Shown here: positions 1 to 9,478 of the stretch, piece by piece
Position numbering within the stretch: position 1 is the stretch's first letter
How the letters are laid out: every line of letters starts with the position of its first letter
Made by a program: the position numbers and the translations under genes
Origin: a virus
Reading direction: 5' to 3' (one strand)
IMG/VR virus record: IMGVR_UViG_3300009110_000335
Length of the DNA stretch: 64,000 nt
Notes under the pieces: model-generated
The model's input: only the letters and a program-made list of their open reading frames with translations
Database searches by the model: none
Told to the model about the DNA's origin: nothing

Positions 1-1
1 A

Positions 2-3000
2 AGGGCAACATTAACGTATGATGTTGTATCAACTGGTTCAAACACAGACAGTTGTACTTGGGTTGACTTGAGAGCAAACAAACCATCAACATCAAGTGGT
101 AGTACAATATTCAGCGACTTTGGAAATTCATCTTATGATATAATGACTGGTGATACTGATTGTGAAACCGTTGGAACTGATAAGGAAATAGATGTCACAT
201 CATACGTAAATGACGCAGTAACAAATGGAAGAGACTGGTTTGCAGTAGGTGCTTTCTTTGATGGTTATAGAACTGGTCATTATCCTAGTTCTTACGGTGG
301 TTGGACAGCCAACAACTTTAGAGTTGATCTTGCATCACAAGTTGAGCAACCACCAACATACCACATCGGAACCCAACCTGACGGTGCAACTAACCCACTC
401 GCAGTCATTGACGAACTACACGTACACGCAGACGCAGAAGAAACCGTAGTTGAAAAGTCATATGATAGAGGCAGTGCAACATTCCAACAAGTTGGTGCAA
501 ATGTACCATTCACAACTGAAGGAGCCCAGAAGACATTTGCCGATACATCAGTATCACCAGGAGATGCACCAATCTATAAGATTAGTTCTTACAACCTACT
601 AGGTGAAACTGAGTTACAGGCATTGGTTCAGGGCTTAACCGTACAGTTAGCAAATGCACCTACAAACTTAGCAGCAAGTAGTACAGTTAATGCAGATATT
701 CAATTATCATGGACAGCAAGTACTGATCTTGGTGGTGGTACATTGTTGGATTACGAACTCCAGAGAAGAACCCCACCTACAACTGGAACATGGATCACAG
801 TATCAAATCCAACAACTACATCATATCTTGACACCAATGTCAATACAGGTACAACATATGAATATCAAGTAGCAACAAATAATGAGGCAGGAACAGGTGC
901 ATATTCATCACCAGTATCACAACAGGCTGGAATACCACCTGATCCACCAACCATAACATCTGTCACTATACCAAATCCAAATACACAACCACATGATCAT
1001 TTCATAGAGTGGACAGCCCCATCAAATCTTGGTACTGCTGGAAGTTTAACGCATTATGGAATATACTATCATGATGGAACAGGCTGGCAGACAGCTAATG
1101 CAAACATTGGAATACCAAGTCCTCTAGAATGGACATTCTCTGCCCCAACACCATTCCAAGTAAACCAATTGTATCAGTATAAGATGGTAGCAGTTAGTGC
1201 ACATGGAACGTCAAATGATAGTAATATTGGCAGTGTAACTACACCTAACGTTCCTGACCAAGTCAGTCCAGCACCTGGAGTTGCAATTGAGGATCCAGAC
1301 GCATTCCCATTGAAGATTAAGGTATCATGGACTACACCAGGTGACGGTGGCTCAATAATCAAAGGGTATCAGATAGAAAGATGGGATGTCATAAATGGTT
1401 GGACAGTACATGTGGCTAATACGGCAGTTACTGATATTACATATGAAGATACGTTGAATGTATTACAGGATACAGAGTACAAATACAAAGTTGCAGCAAT
1501 CAATACAATGGGAACAGGATTGCCTAGTCTTGAATCACCAGCCATAACTACGCCTAGAGTACCTGATGCCCCAACAAACCCAACTTCAGCAATAAATGAT
1601 ATTGTTAATGCCCCAATGGTTGTTACATTGGGTTGGACAGCCCCAGCAAATGACGGTGGATCCGCTTTGACAGGGTACAATATCTATGAGCAGATAGCAG
1701 GAGCTGGATGGAGTGCAACCCCAATAGCAACAGTCGGTCCAACCGTAACAACATATGACCATACAACAACACAGACAAACACACTTCATGAATACCGCTT
1801 TACAGCAACAAATAACGTAGGTGAGAGTGCATTCAGTACAACCACATCAGTGACAACTCCAAGTGAGCCATCACAACCAACAGGTCTTACAGTAACACCG
1901 ATAGATCATGATACCTTACAGTTAGATTGGACTGCACCAACAACTGCTGCTAATGGTGGTCAGTTATCACCTGTAACAGGATACAAGATAGAGTTTGAAA
2001 CACCACCAGGTAATGGTTATGTGATATTAGAGGCTGATACAAGTCCAGATACTTCAGTGACATATACTCATAATGGATTAACAGGTGGTGTTGAGTATCA
2101 ATACCAAGTATATGCAATTAACCTAGCTGGAACGAGTTTATCATCAACTGCAGCATTAGGTCTAACAATGCCTGGCGCACCAACCAACTTAGTTATCACA
2201 CAGCCAGCATCAAGTGGTATTGAACTTGATTTGACTTGGACAGCACCAGCTAACAATGTAGCAAGTTACAAGATTGAGAGAGAATCACCAATAGGTGGCG
2301 GTTGGTCAGTAGTGGTTGCAGATACATTATCATCAGTAACTGCATATACAGATGACAATAATGGTGCAGGTTTATCAACTGCAACACTGTATAATTACAG
2401 AGTTTCAGGCATAAACCAATCTGGAACTGGTCCAACCAGTAATGAAGATGACGGAACAACTCTAGCAGACGCACCATCAAATCTTACAACATCATACACA
2501 TATACAGCACCAAATGAAATTGATCTAAGTTGGACAGCCCCATCAGGTGCAATTACTGGTTATCAAATTGAACGTGCAGATGCACAAGTACCTGGTGTTT
2601 GGACTGCCATTGTAACTGATACAGGTAATGTCAATACAACATACAAAGACAGTGATAATATACAGTTATCAAATTCATATGCTTACAGGATATATGCATG
2701 GACTGCTGGTGGCTTATCACCAATGGTATCAAACACAGCATCACAAGTTACAGTGTCGGCACCTGATCCACCAACAAACCTAGTGGTTGGACCATACAGC
2801 GAGATAGGAAGTAATCAAAGAATTATGAAACTTGAATGGGTTGCACCATCTAATACAGGACTTGGTGGTAGTGAAGTACCAATCATAGGATATAAAATTG
2901 AACGTAATATCAGTGGTGCAGGTTGGTTAACATGGGTACCTGATACACAAAACGCAGTTAACAGTGCATTGAATTACAACTTAGCAGACAATGAGATTTA

Positions 3001-4153
3001 TGAATATCGTGTATCAACAATAACAGTTGTTGGAACAAGCGGTCCATCTAATACTGTTAATGCAGAGTTTGTTGTAATGAACCAAGCCCCAACTGCACAA
3101 GCCATAGCAGGAAAGACAGTAGGAATAACACCTATTGTTACAATTGACAATGGTATAGATACACCAGAGATATACAGAATATCATTATATGTTGATGAAG
3201 GACAAACTGGTGTATGGAAGTTTGATAGAGACTATACAGTAGATGCATTACAAAGCGCATGTAACTCCACAATGGAGTTGCCAAAGGACATAGCAAAGAG
3301 TGCATCATTCAGTTTCTGTCCAATGTTTACACAAGTAAATGGTGCAAGTGACTTCTACTTCCTTATGTATGCAACACAGGATAATGGCTTAGTTGACGAT
3401 GATAACACATTCAGAGTAACACAATCACCAACAGTATCAATAACACCATTAGCAATATTTGAGGGCAATGTACAAGGTGTAGAGAAGAGAGCACAGAACT
3501 GTACTGACTTTGATAACTCAGTATGTCCACTTGACTATGACGAATCAACAGTAAACATCAATGCAGACTCTGGTGATCCTTATGACCCATACTTTAACAT
3601 GACACTCAGATACCAACACCAAGACTTGAAGAAAGACCCTGAAGTACGATCCTACTATAACGTACTTAATGTAACAGATAGTTGGGGTGGATATTCACCA
3701 GAGGTACCATCTAATGAACCAGGAATCGAGGATGAAACAACATACTACATCTCAGTATATGTGAACCCAGGCGCAAAATGTGCTATAAACCCAGATAGTG
3801 GTGAACAAGCAGATTGTTTCGATATGGTAGCAGCAGATACTAATGATAGTATTCCAGCAGCATATCCAGCAGATTTGACATTGATTTCCAGAAAATCACC
3901 TGATGCACAACCACAATTAGGTATTGAGCCTATGGGAAATTTGTTCGGAATGCCGATGGTCTTTATGTTTATTATTGGTTTGGCAGCAGTATTCACAGGT
4001 AGATCTGCTCAAATGGGTGGTATTATCATAGCAATGGTCATAGGCGTAATGTGGTATCTAGGATACCTAGACTTTAGTCAGCTTGACGGAACGTGGATTA
4101 TGATTATTGTAGCAGCAATAGTAGGTCTATTCATAGGAAAGCGCTGGAGTTAG
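2..4153 (+). CDS. Large fibronectin type III repeat surface/adhesin protein with C-terminal membrane anchor (5'-truncated)
   Basis: The frame is open from base 2, so the true start lies upstream of the window. About 8 FN3-like repeats (P.AP.NL...LSW.AP...GG..I.GY.IER...Y.YRV.A.N..G.S..S) are followed by three hydrophobic segments (LFGMPMVFMFIIGLAAVF...IIVAAIVGLFIGKRWS). Confidence 0.9.
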   Translation, partial: RATLTYDVVSTGSNTDSCTWVDLRANKPSTSSGSTIFSDFGNSSYDIMTGDTDCETVGTDKEIDVTSYVNDAVTNGRDWFAVGAFFDGYRTGHYPSSYGGWTANNFRVDLASQVEQPPTYHIGTQPDGATNPLAVIDELHVHADAEETVVEKSYDRGSATFQQVGANVPFTTEGAQKTFADTSVSPGDAPIYKISSYNLLGETELQALVQGLTVQLANAPTNLAASSTVNADIQLSWTASTDLGGGTLLDYELQRRTPPTTGTWITVSNPTTTSYLDTNVNTGTTYEYQVATNNEAGTGAYSSPVSQQAGIPPDPPTITSVTIPNPNTQPHDHFIEWTAPSNLGTAGSLTHYGIYYHDGTGWQTANANIGIPSPLEWTFSAPTPFQVNQLYQYKMVAVSAHGTSNDSNIGSVTTPNVPDQVSPAPGVAIEDPDAFPLKIKVSWTTPGDGGSIIKGYQIERWDVINGWTVHVANTAVTDITYEDTLNVLQDTEYKYKVAAINTMGTGLPSLESPAITTPRVPDAPTNPTSAINDIVNAPMVVTLGWTAPANDGGSALTGYNIYEQIAGAGWSATPIATVGPTVTTYDHTTTQTNTLHEYRFTATNNVGESAFSTTTSVTTPSEPSQPTGLTVTPIDHDTLQLDWTAPTTAANGGQLSPVTGYKIEFETPPGNGYVILEADTSPDTSVTYTHNGLTGGVEYQYQVYAINLAGTSLSSTAALGLTMPGAPTNLVITQPASSGIELDLTWTAPANNVASYKIERESPIGGGWSVVVADTLSSVTAYTDDNNGAGLSTATLYNYRVSGINQSGTGPTSNEDDGTTLADAPSNLTTSYTYTAPNEIDLSWTAPSGAITGYQIERADAQVPGVWTAIVTDTGNVNTTYKDSDNIQLSNSYAYRIYAWTAGGLSPMVSNTASQVTVSAPDPPTNLVVGPYSEIGSNQRIMKLEWVAPSNTGLGGSEVPIIGYKIERNISGAGWLTWVPDTQNAVNSALNYNLADNEIYEYRVSTITVVGTSGPSNTVNAEFVVMNQAPTAQAIAGKTVGITPIVTIDNGIDTPEIYRISLYVDEGQTGVWKFDRDYTVDALQSACNSTMELPKDIAKSASFSFCPMFTQVNGASDFYFLMYATQDNGLVDDDNTFRVTQSPTVSITPLAIFEGNVQGVEKRAQNCTDFDNSVCPLDYDESTVNINADSGDPYDPYFNMTLRYQHQDLKKDPEVRSYYNVLNVTDSWGGYSPEVPSNEPGIEDETTYYISVYVNPGAKCAINPDSGEQADCFDMVAADTNDSIPAAYPADLTLISRKSPDAQPQLGIEPMGNLFGMPMVFMFIIGLAAVFTGRSAQMGGIIIAMVIGVMWYLGYLDFSQLDGTWIMIIVAAIVGLFIGKRWS

Positions 4154-4229
4154 ACGATTAGCACCTGGATACTAGGCATAATATGTTAACTCTATTTTTA
4201 TTAGTGTATGAATTGGGATAAAATCAGAT

Positions 4230-5897
4230 ATGCCTCTTCCATTGTTTAGTATGAGTATAAGCGGGCAGCCAATCGCTATCATAAAGTCGGGTGATAGACA
4301 ATTACAATTCTACAAAGTTAAGAAATTCCTGTCAAAATACTTCTCAACATCAGATGGTGTCTATGAGTTAGACGATCAGTATGAATATAGATACAAAAAG
4401 GGAGGAATTTATCTCTATAATTTCTCTAACCCAAAACCAATTAGACTTACAAGTATGCAGGAGATAGATAAGGATGTAAGAAAAGCAGGTCAATCAGAAT
4501 TATTCAATAGACAAAGATTCGAAGAACATATACCACCAGAGAATCGTGCGAATATGAAAACACCTGATGATATTGCAAGTGATATGTCATCTGAGAGTAG
4601 AAGGTTCCTTGCTGATTATCAGACAGACGATGAGTTTGCAAAGACAGATCTTATGGTACAAATACATGCACAGAAAGGTGCAGTACAGAAACATTCAGGT
4701 CCTTTAGTGCCATTTGGTGCCAATAGGGGTGATTTCGCAATAGTTCAGATAGGTCACATGAGGCTTGATATATGTCAAATGTATATGCATAATGATCGAG
4801 CATATACAAAGTACGGTGTGTTCGAAGTGTCACGTGATAATATCTACCTGTATAAGAAACAGATTGTCTGTATGTTTGTAGTCAATAACACAGAGGCTGA
4901 GGTCAAAGAGCCTATGAATAAGAAGCAAGAGAAGATGCTCAAATCAATGGTTAAAGACAAAGAATATGGAAGGTTAGAATCATTCATCAAACCATTCAAG
5001 TCTGATTTGAGTAATACAACACCACATGAGTTACGGCGTATGAAGCAACGTCCTACATATACAGAGCCACCAAAGATACCGAAGAACGTATCCATATCGA
5101 CAGAGAAAACATTAGCACAATATACAGCAGATTCACCATCTATTTTCCTTACAACATTAAAAGAATTACACCGATCAAAAGAGGCAGTAGCCACAAAACT
5201 ATCAGACCCATTGAAGAAGGCATTACCAATAGTTGTCATCTTCGGTGCTGTTATGGGAGTGGCTGTTGTTGTATCCAACATGCCACCAATCATTGATTCA
5301 CTGTTCGCTCATATGGGAGTAGACAAGTATGTCGTAGAATACATAACTCCAGAGCAGGCTGTTGAGATGGGTATACCTCTTGACCCCGAAAAGATAGTTG
5401 ACCCTGATGCGGTTCCACCTGAAGATACACCACCACCTGAAGATGAACTTGAAGTCGTTGGTGATGGTGAATTACCACCTGACTACATACCAGGTGAGGT
5501 AATCTCAGAGGAAGAGATGACTATGAGTGCCTTACAATGTGGTGATGGAATGTACTGGAATGCTACACAGTCAATATGTATAGAGTTTGAGGAGTTGGAC
5601 TTGGACTTAGAAGCACCAGTAATAATTGTTCCAGAGACAATACGAGATACAGCAGATAATGCCACTGGTATGATTAAGGAGTATCAGGTATTTGCTACAG
5701 ATAATGTGGACGAGAGTGTATCTGTAACATGTACACCACCATCAGGTAAAGTGTTTAAGGTGGGAGAGACTGCAGTGTTATGTACAGCGACAGACCAAGC
5801 AGGAAACCAAGCAACAAACCAATTCTTAGTAATAATCGAAGCAAGAGAAGGTGCCACACCGCCTTCAATAATCCCTTCAATACCTTCATTCCCATAG
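4230..5897 (+). CDS. Single-pass membrane protein with C-terminal HYR domain
   Basis: TM segment ALPIVVIFGAVMGVAVVVS, an acidic Pro-rich linker, a short CGDGMYWNATQSIC motif, then the HYR pattern APVIIVP...ATDNVD..VSVTCTPPSG..F.VG.T.V.CTATDQAGN. Confidence 0.8.
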   Translation: MPLPLFSMSISGQPIAIIKSGDRQLQFYKVKKFLSKYFSTSDGVYELDDQYEYRYKKGGIYLYNFSNPKPIRLTSMQEIDKDVRKAGQSELFNRQRFEEHIPPENRANMKTPDDIASDMSSESRRFLADYQTDDEFAKTDLMVQIHAQKGAVQKHSGPLVPFGANRGDFAIVQIGHMRLDICQMYMHNDRAYTKYGVFEVSRDNIYLYKKQIVCMFVVNNTEAEVKEPMNKKQEKMLKSMVKDKEYGRLESFIKPFKSDLSNTTPHELRRMKQRPTYTEPPKIPKNVSISTEKTLAQYTADSPSIFLTTLKELHRSKEAVATKLSDPLKKALPIVVIFGAVMGVAVVVSNMPPIIDSLFAHMGVDKYVVEYITPEQAVEMGIPLDPEKIVDPDAVPPEDTPPPEDELEVVGDGELPPDYIPGEVISEEEMTMSALQCGDGMYWNATQSICIEFEELDLDLEAPVIIVPETIRDTADNATGMIKEYQVFATDNVDESVSVTCTPPSGKVFKVGETAVLCTATDQAGNQATNQFLVIIEAREGATPPSIIPSIPSFP

Positions 5898-5901
5898 GTA
5901 T

Positions 5902-5915
5902 AATTTAATTTTATA
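5902..5915 (+). promoter_or_regulatory. Class-1 (putative late) promoter AATTTAATTTTATA
   Basis: Exact motif ending 26 nt before the ATG at 5941. Confidence 0.7.
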
Positions 5916-5940
5916 AGCAGTTAAAGGATTCTCTAAGTGT

Positions 5941-6525
5941 ATGTCGAAGCCATTTCTACAACGCAGAATACGGATTAGGACTTTCTTGATATCTGTGGTT
6001 TCATTAACTGTCATTTGCCTGTTCATACCAACTGAGGTGGCTTCTGCATACGTTTCTCAGGAGACATGCAAAGCGTATCTACAAAAGACAGAGGATTGCA
6101 CTAACCTAGAGTTATGCTATGTTGAATTAGGTAGACCATGCTCTTGTGTGGAGGTCGGAGAATGTGCATTCACACAGGATCCATTAGCAACAATGTTGTA
6201 TCCATTTGATGCAGTATTGAATGGTTCAATTGTTGACTATACACAGACAGGCACAACAAACCCAGGCATCCCAATATCAGGATTATCTCTAGTCATATTT
6301 TGGGGGCTCATGGTCGGCATATTGTGGCTACGTACAGAAAACCCCATGTTGGTTGGACTTGTTGGAATGGCTATGGTTGCGGGCTATATGTCAGTCACAC
6401 CAGAGGACTCAATACCAGGCGAGTTCGAGATGGCACGCTATATAGGAGCAGCATTGTTCTTAGCGTCACTAGGCATATCCATCTACCAAATGGTTACTAC
6501 TAGACTACACTCGCCTATTCAGTAA
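5941..6525 (+). CDS. Multi-pass membrane protein with signal-peptide-like N-terminus and Cys-rich ectodomain
   Basis: N-terminal hydrophobic stretch ending EVASA, six Cys, then three hydrophobic helices. Confidence 0.75.
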   Translation: MSKPFLQRRIRIRTFLISVVSLTVICLFIPTEVASAYVSQETCKAYLQKTEDCTNLELCYVELGRPCSCVEVGECAFTQDPLATMLYPFDAVLNGSIVDYTQTGTTNPGIPISGLSLVIFWGLMVGILWLRTENPMLVGLVGMAMVAGYMSVTPEDSIPGEFEMARYIGAALFLASLGISIYQMVTTRLHSPIQ

Positions 6526-6557
6526 ACCTTTATTAGCACCACCAATGTATAATGGAC

Positions 6558-6665
6558 ATGGCAAGTAAAACACTAGGATTAGAAGGAATCTGGGGTCAAA
6601 TTGGCGGTGCCAGTAAAGGAATGAAATCATTCTTCTGGGATTGCATGGGCGCAGGTAAAAGATAA
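6558..6665 (+). CDS. 35-aa Gly-rich amphipathic micropeptide (MASKTLGLEGIWGQIGGASKGMKSFFWDCMGAGKR)
   Basis: Translated by hand. A TATA-like CTTTATTA ends about 23 nt upstream, and the ORF fills an otherwise empty intergenic gap. Confidence 0.55.
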   Translation: MASKTLGLEGIWGQIGGASKGMKSFFWDCMGAGKR

Positions 6666-6776
6666 TCCATTTAGTAATTCAATCGTGACTGTAGTCAACA
6701 AATCCAGATTTCTTCATACTGGATATTTTTTATTTTATATTCGTTTTTATATACTAGTTAATTCAGTTAAAATTAT

Positions 6777-7136
6777 ATGAGTTATGAACAGGGAATGTCT
6801 AGTCCTGTCTCAACAGACAGAGCAGTCCAATTAATTTCAGAAGCCAGAGAGCATAAAGACTTTCTTTATAGAACCTTATTTGGAAACAAACATCTTCCAC
6901 ATGTTGTTTATCAATTAGAGCACTTTGAATTATTACATGATATTGTAAATCCTATTAGACGAAAGACATTACAGAAATTCAGTGCTGCCCATCGTAACAC
7001 TTTGATATCCACCACCAGTATAGACGGTAAGACAATGAACTTACTTACAGAGAACAGAGTCAGATATACCCATGAGGGTAAGGACGCAAAGAAGATGTTC
7101 CAAGGTGGTAATGCAAGTGAGGGTGGAATGTTCTAG
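6777..7136 (+). CDS. Hypothetical protein
   Basis: 119-aa ORF with TTTTATA ending 26 nt upstream. Confidence 0.7.
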   Translation: MSYEQGMSSPVSTDRAVQLISEAREHKDFLYRTLFGNKHLPHVVYQLEHFELLHDIVNPIRRKTLQKFSAAHRNTLISTTSIDGKTMNLLTENRVRYTHEGKDAKKMFQGGNASEGGMF

Positions 7137-7137
7137 T

Positions 7138-7578
7138 ATGAGTCAGGAAGATGTACAGATCAGCTCTACTCGGAACGAGATACAGCGACCAATCACATCA
7201 CAAGGAAACTGCAGATGTGTCCACATTAACCAGAGATCAAAAACCGAAGGTACACCATATAGGAAGGGATGGTGCCAGAAGTGTAGGTCATGGGTTTACA
7301 CAGAAAAGACATTCTGTATATGTTGCAGAAAAAGAGTAGCCCATAAGACACATCATCTAAGAATGAGAAAGATCCTAAATGGTGCTGTTGAGATACATGA
7401 GTCACAGATTAAATGGTTCAACGATAATCCATCAACCGAACTGGTGTATGTTCAAGTTACTTTCATGGACAGGAAGTATCAGATCCCTCTCCAAATACTA
7501 GGTGAGTGGGTAGAGAACAAACATCCTAATGACACATTAGAATTAGCACAAGATACTGTTTGTGTGGTGAGAGGATAA
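7138..7578 (+). CDS. Zn-finger protein
   Basis: The ATG at 7138 directly follows the upstream stop. Motifs CRCVH, WCQKC and CICC. Confidence 0.65.
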   Translation: MSQEDVQISSTRNEIQRPITSQGNCRCVHINQRSKTEGTPYRKGWCQKCRSWVYTEKTFCICCRKRVAHKTHHLRMRKILNGAVEIHESQIKWFNDNPSTELVYVQVTFMDRKYQIPLQILGEWVENKHPNDTLELAQDTVCVVRG

Positions 7579-7694
7579 TGTGTTTAGATATTAGAGCACT
7601 ATTCAAAAGAAAGAGAAAAGAACCAAAAGAGAAAGAAAACCATTATACAGATGAGATGAGTAAGGACTTCTGGTACAGGAAACCAGACGACTAA
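7578..7694 (+). CDS. 38-aa charged microprotein
   Basis: TAATG overlaps at both ends suggest translational coupling. Confidence 0.5.
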   Translation: MCLDIRALFKRKRKEPKEKENHYTDEMSKDFWYRKPDD

Positions 7695-7819
7695 TGAAAT
7701 GCAAAATATGTAATAACTCATCAAAACACACTTGTTTAAGAAAGACTAAATGCTGGACTGAGTATGGTATGTGTGGTAGATGTGCTAAAGAGTATAAGAG
7801 GATCGTAATTGAAGTGTAA
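7694..7819 (+). CDS. 41-aa Zn-finger microprotein (paralog 1)
   Basis: MKCKIC...TKCWTEYGMCGRCAK; its start overlaps the upstream stop (TAATG). Confidence 0.65.
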   Translation: MKCKICNNSSKHTCLRKTKCWTEYGMCGRCAKEYKRIVIEV

Positions 7820-7967
7820 AGAATGTGGTAGAACCAAACGTAATGGTATGTCAAAAACAAAGTGTTGGTTAGCATATAGAATATGTGGAAGATGTGCTAG
7901 AAGGTTACACCCTGAATTATATGCCGATTCATACACTAAACGTATTGCGAATCTAAAGAACGTGTAG
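7809..7967 (+). CDS. 52-aa Zn-finger microprotein (paralog 2, TTG start)
   Basis: KCKEC...TKCWLAYRICGRCAR is clearly paralogous to 7694-7819. Confidence 0.6.
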   Translation: MKCKECGRTKRNGMSKTKCWLAYRICGRCARRLHPELYADSYTKRIANLKNV

Positions 7968-7975
7968 GTGGAAAT

Positions 7976-8605
7976 ATGGGGGTGAGGCAATTACTAATTA
8001 AAGAAATACCACACAAGTTAGCCCAAAGTATTGTTGTTGAGAAACACTATCTACACAGAAAAGCACCGTGTTCGTACTCGTGGGGGCTATATGAGAAAGA
8101 CCAAATAGTGGGGGTAATTATGTATGGAACGCCTAGTTCAGCACCACTTAGAAGAGGCATAGCAGGGGATGATGAGAAGGATAATGTTATTGAACTTACA
8201 AGATTATGGATAGATGATAAGATAGGAAAGAATGCCGAATCGTACCTAATAGGCAATACGGTAAAGAAAGTAAACAAAGAGATAGTGGTATCGTATGCAG
8301 AGATAGAGCAAGGACACCTAGGTACAGTATACCAAGCATGCTCGTTTTTGTACACAGGACTGTCAGCGAAAAGAACCAATTGGGTGGTAGAAGGGATCGA
8401 TAAGCATTGCCAGACGATTGCAGATAAACACACCTCAGAAGAACTAAAGGCAAAGTATGGATCCAAGTTCAAGCTTGTACCAAGACCAAGAAAGCATCGC
8501 TATGTGTTTATCAATGCCAAAAAGAAACGACGAATGTTATTATTAGATAAACTGAAATACAAAATACAGGAGTACCCTACAAATGAAAGTATTGATAGCA
8601 TGTGA
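7976..8605 (+). CDS. Mom-like (GNAT-fold) DNA adenine modification protein
   Basis: Family motifs EKHYLHR, GVIMYGTP, IELTRLW, NAESYLIG and VVSYA..EQGHLGTVYQACSFLYTG. Confidence 0.75.
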   Translation: MGVRQLLIKEIPHKLAQSIVVEKHYLHRKAPCSYSWGLYEKDQIVGVIMYGTPSSAPLRRGIAGDDEKDNVIELTRLWIDDKIGKNAESYLIGNTVKKVNKEIVVSYAEIEQGHLGTVYQACSFLYTGLSAKRTNWVVEGIDKHCQTIADKHTSEELKAKYGSKFKLVPRPRKHRYVFINAKKKRRMLLLDKLKYKIQEYPTNESIDSM

Positions 8606-9149
8606 GTGTTCTGGACGAATAAGAGACGCCTTTAGGAATCTGGGTCATGATGCATGGTCATGTGACATTAAACCAGATGAAAATGGCAATGATAAATACC
8701 ATATTCAGGACGACGTGTTGAACCATTTAGACGAAGGATGGGATATGATGATAGGACATCCAGTTTGTACTTTCATATGCAGAAACAGAGCAAGACTGAA
8801 TACATTACAAAAACGTACAATAGATACAAGTCTATTTACAACATTAATGAATGCAGATATACCAAAGATATGCATAGAGAATCCAGTACCATCCAAAGCA
8901 GCAGGATTGCCAAAGTATACACAGATTATACAACCATATCAGTTCGGTCATGACCATTCAAAGAAAACATGTTTGTGGTTAAAGAACCTGCCAAATCTAA
9001 CACCAACTAACATAGTAAAGGTGACATATGTGGTAACACAGAATGGTCACAAGTACACTAGAGGTTGGTATGAGACACCTAGAAACTCAACAGATAGAAG
9101 TCGAACATTTTTAGGTATAGCCAAAGCAATGGCAGATCAGTGGGGTTAA
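8583..9149 (+). CDS. Short phage-type DNA cytosine methyltransferase-like protein
   Basis: MKVLIACECSG.IRDAF...GHDAWSCD (SAM-binding region), HPVCT (catalytic PC-like), IENP, IQPYQFGH, KKTCLWLKNLP and RSRTF.GIAKAMADQWG. Confidence 0.75.
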   Translation: MKVLIACECSGRIRDAFRNLGHDAWSCDIKPDENGNDKYHIQDDVLNHLDEGWDMMIGHPVCTFICRNRARLNTLQKRTIDTSLFTTLMNADIPKICIENPVPSKAAGLPKYTQIIQPYQFGHDHSKKTCLWLKNLPNLTPTNIVKVTYVVTQNGHKYTRGWYETPRNSTDRSRTFLGIAKAMADQWG

Positions 9150-9176
9150 TATACCAAATACAACAATACCCAGTAC

Positions 9177-9320
9177 AATGAACCATAGTAATTATGACAC
9201 CCAAAGAAATGGTATGAATCAAATTTCATATGAAACCCAGCCTTGCTTTGTGAATCATCGTTTATTTGAAACCCAAGGCACGAATATGAACCAAAAAACA
9301 ACTGAACCCCATTCTACAAT
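9177..9320 (+). ncRNA. TIGR-like dual-spacer guide array B (orphan; 3 full units plus flanking halves)
   Basis: Edge repeats TGAc/aA/cCCCA at 9195, 9231, 9267 and 9303 (exact 36-nt period). Loop repeats (TA/TG/AA)TGAA(T/C)CA at 9177, 9213, 9249 and 9285. All intervening spacers are unique 9-mers. Confidence 0.85.
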
Positions 9321-9354
9321 GTGAACTTTATACGATAGTATGCCCTACTGATTA

Positions 9355-9449
9355 TGTGGTAGGGCTTGTCTTCACTACAGTCAACGAGGTAGTGGTCATT
9401 CAAGTCAGGTTTCATATTCAGGTACGGGGTTAGTCATTGCCCTACCACA
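9355..9449 (+). ncRNA. Candidate ~95-nt structured small RNA with paired termini
   Basis: TGTGGTAGGGC (9355-9365) is the perfect reverse complement of GCCCTACCACA (9439-9449). There is an internal CACTAC/GTAGTG hairpin, and CTTTATA ends about 23 nt upstream. Confidence 0.45.
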
Positions 9450-9478
9450 CATTTTATAATTAGCAATAGAGGGATCGA

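Noticed and set aside
9355-9449. tRNA gene
   Set aside because: No proper D-arm, anticodon arm or T-arm stems, despite a TTCAAG and a 3' CCA-like end.
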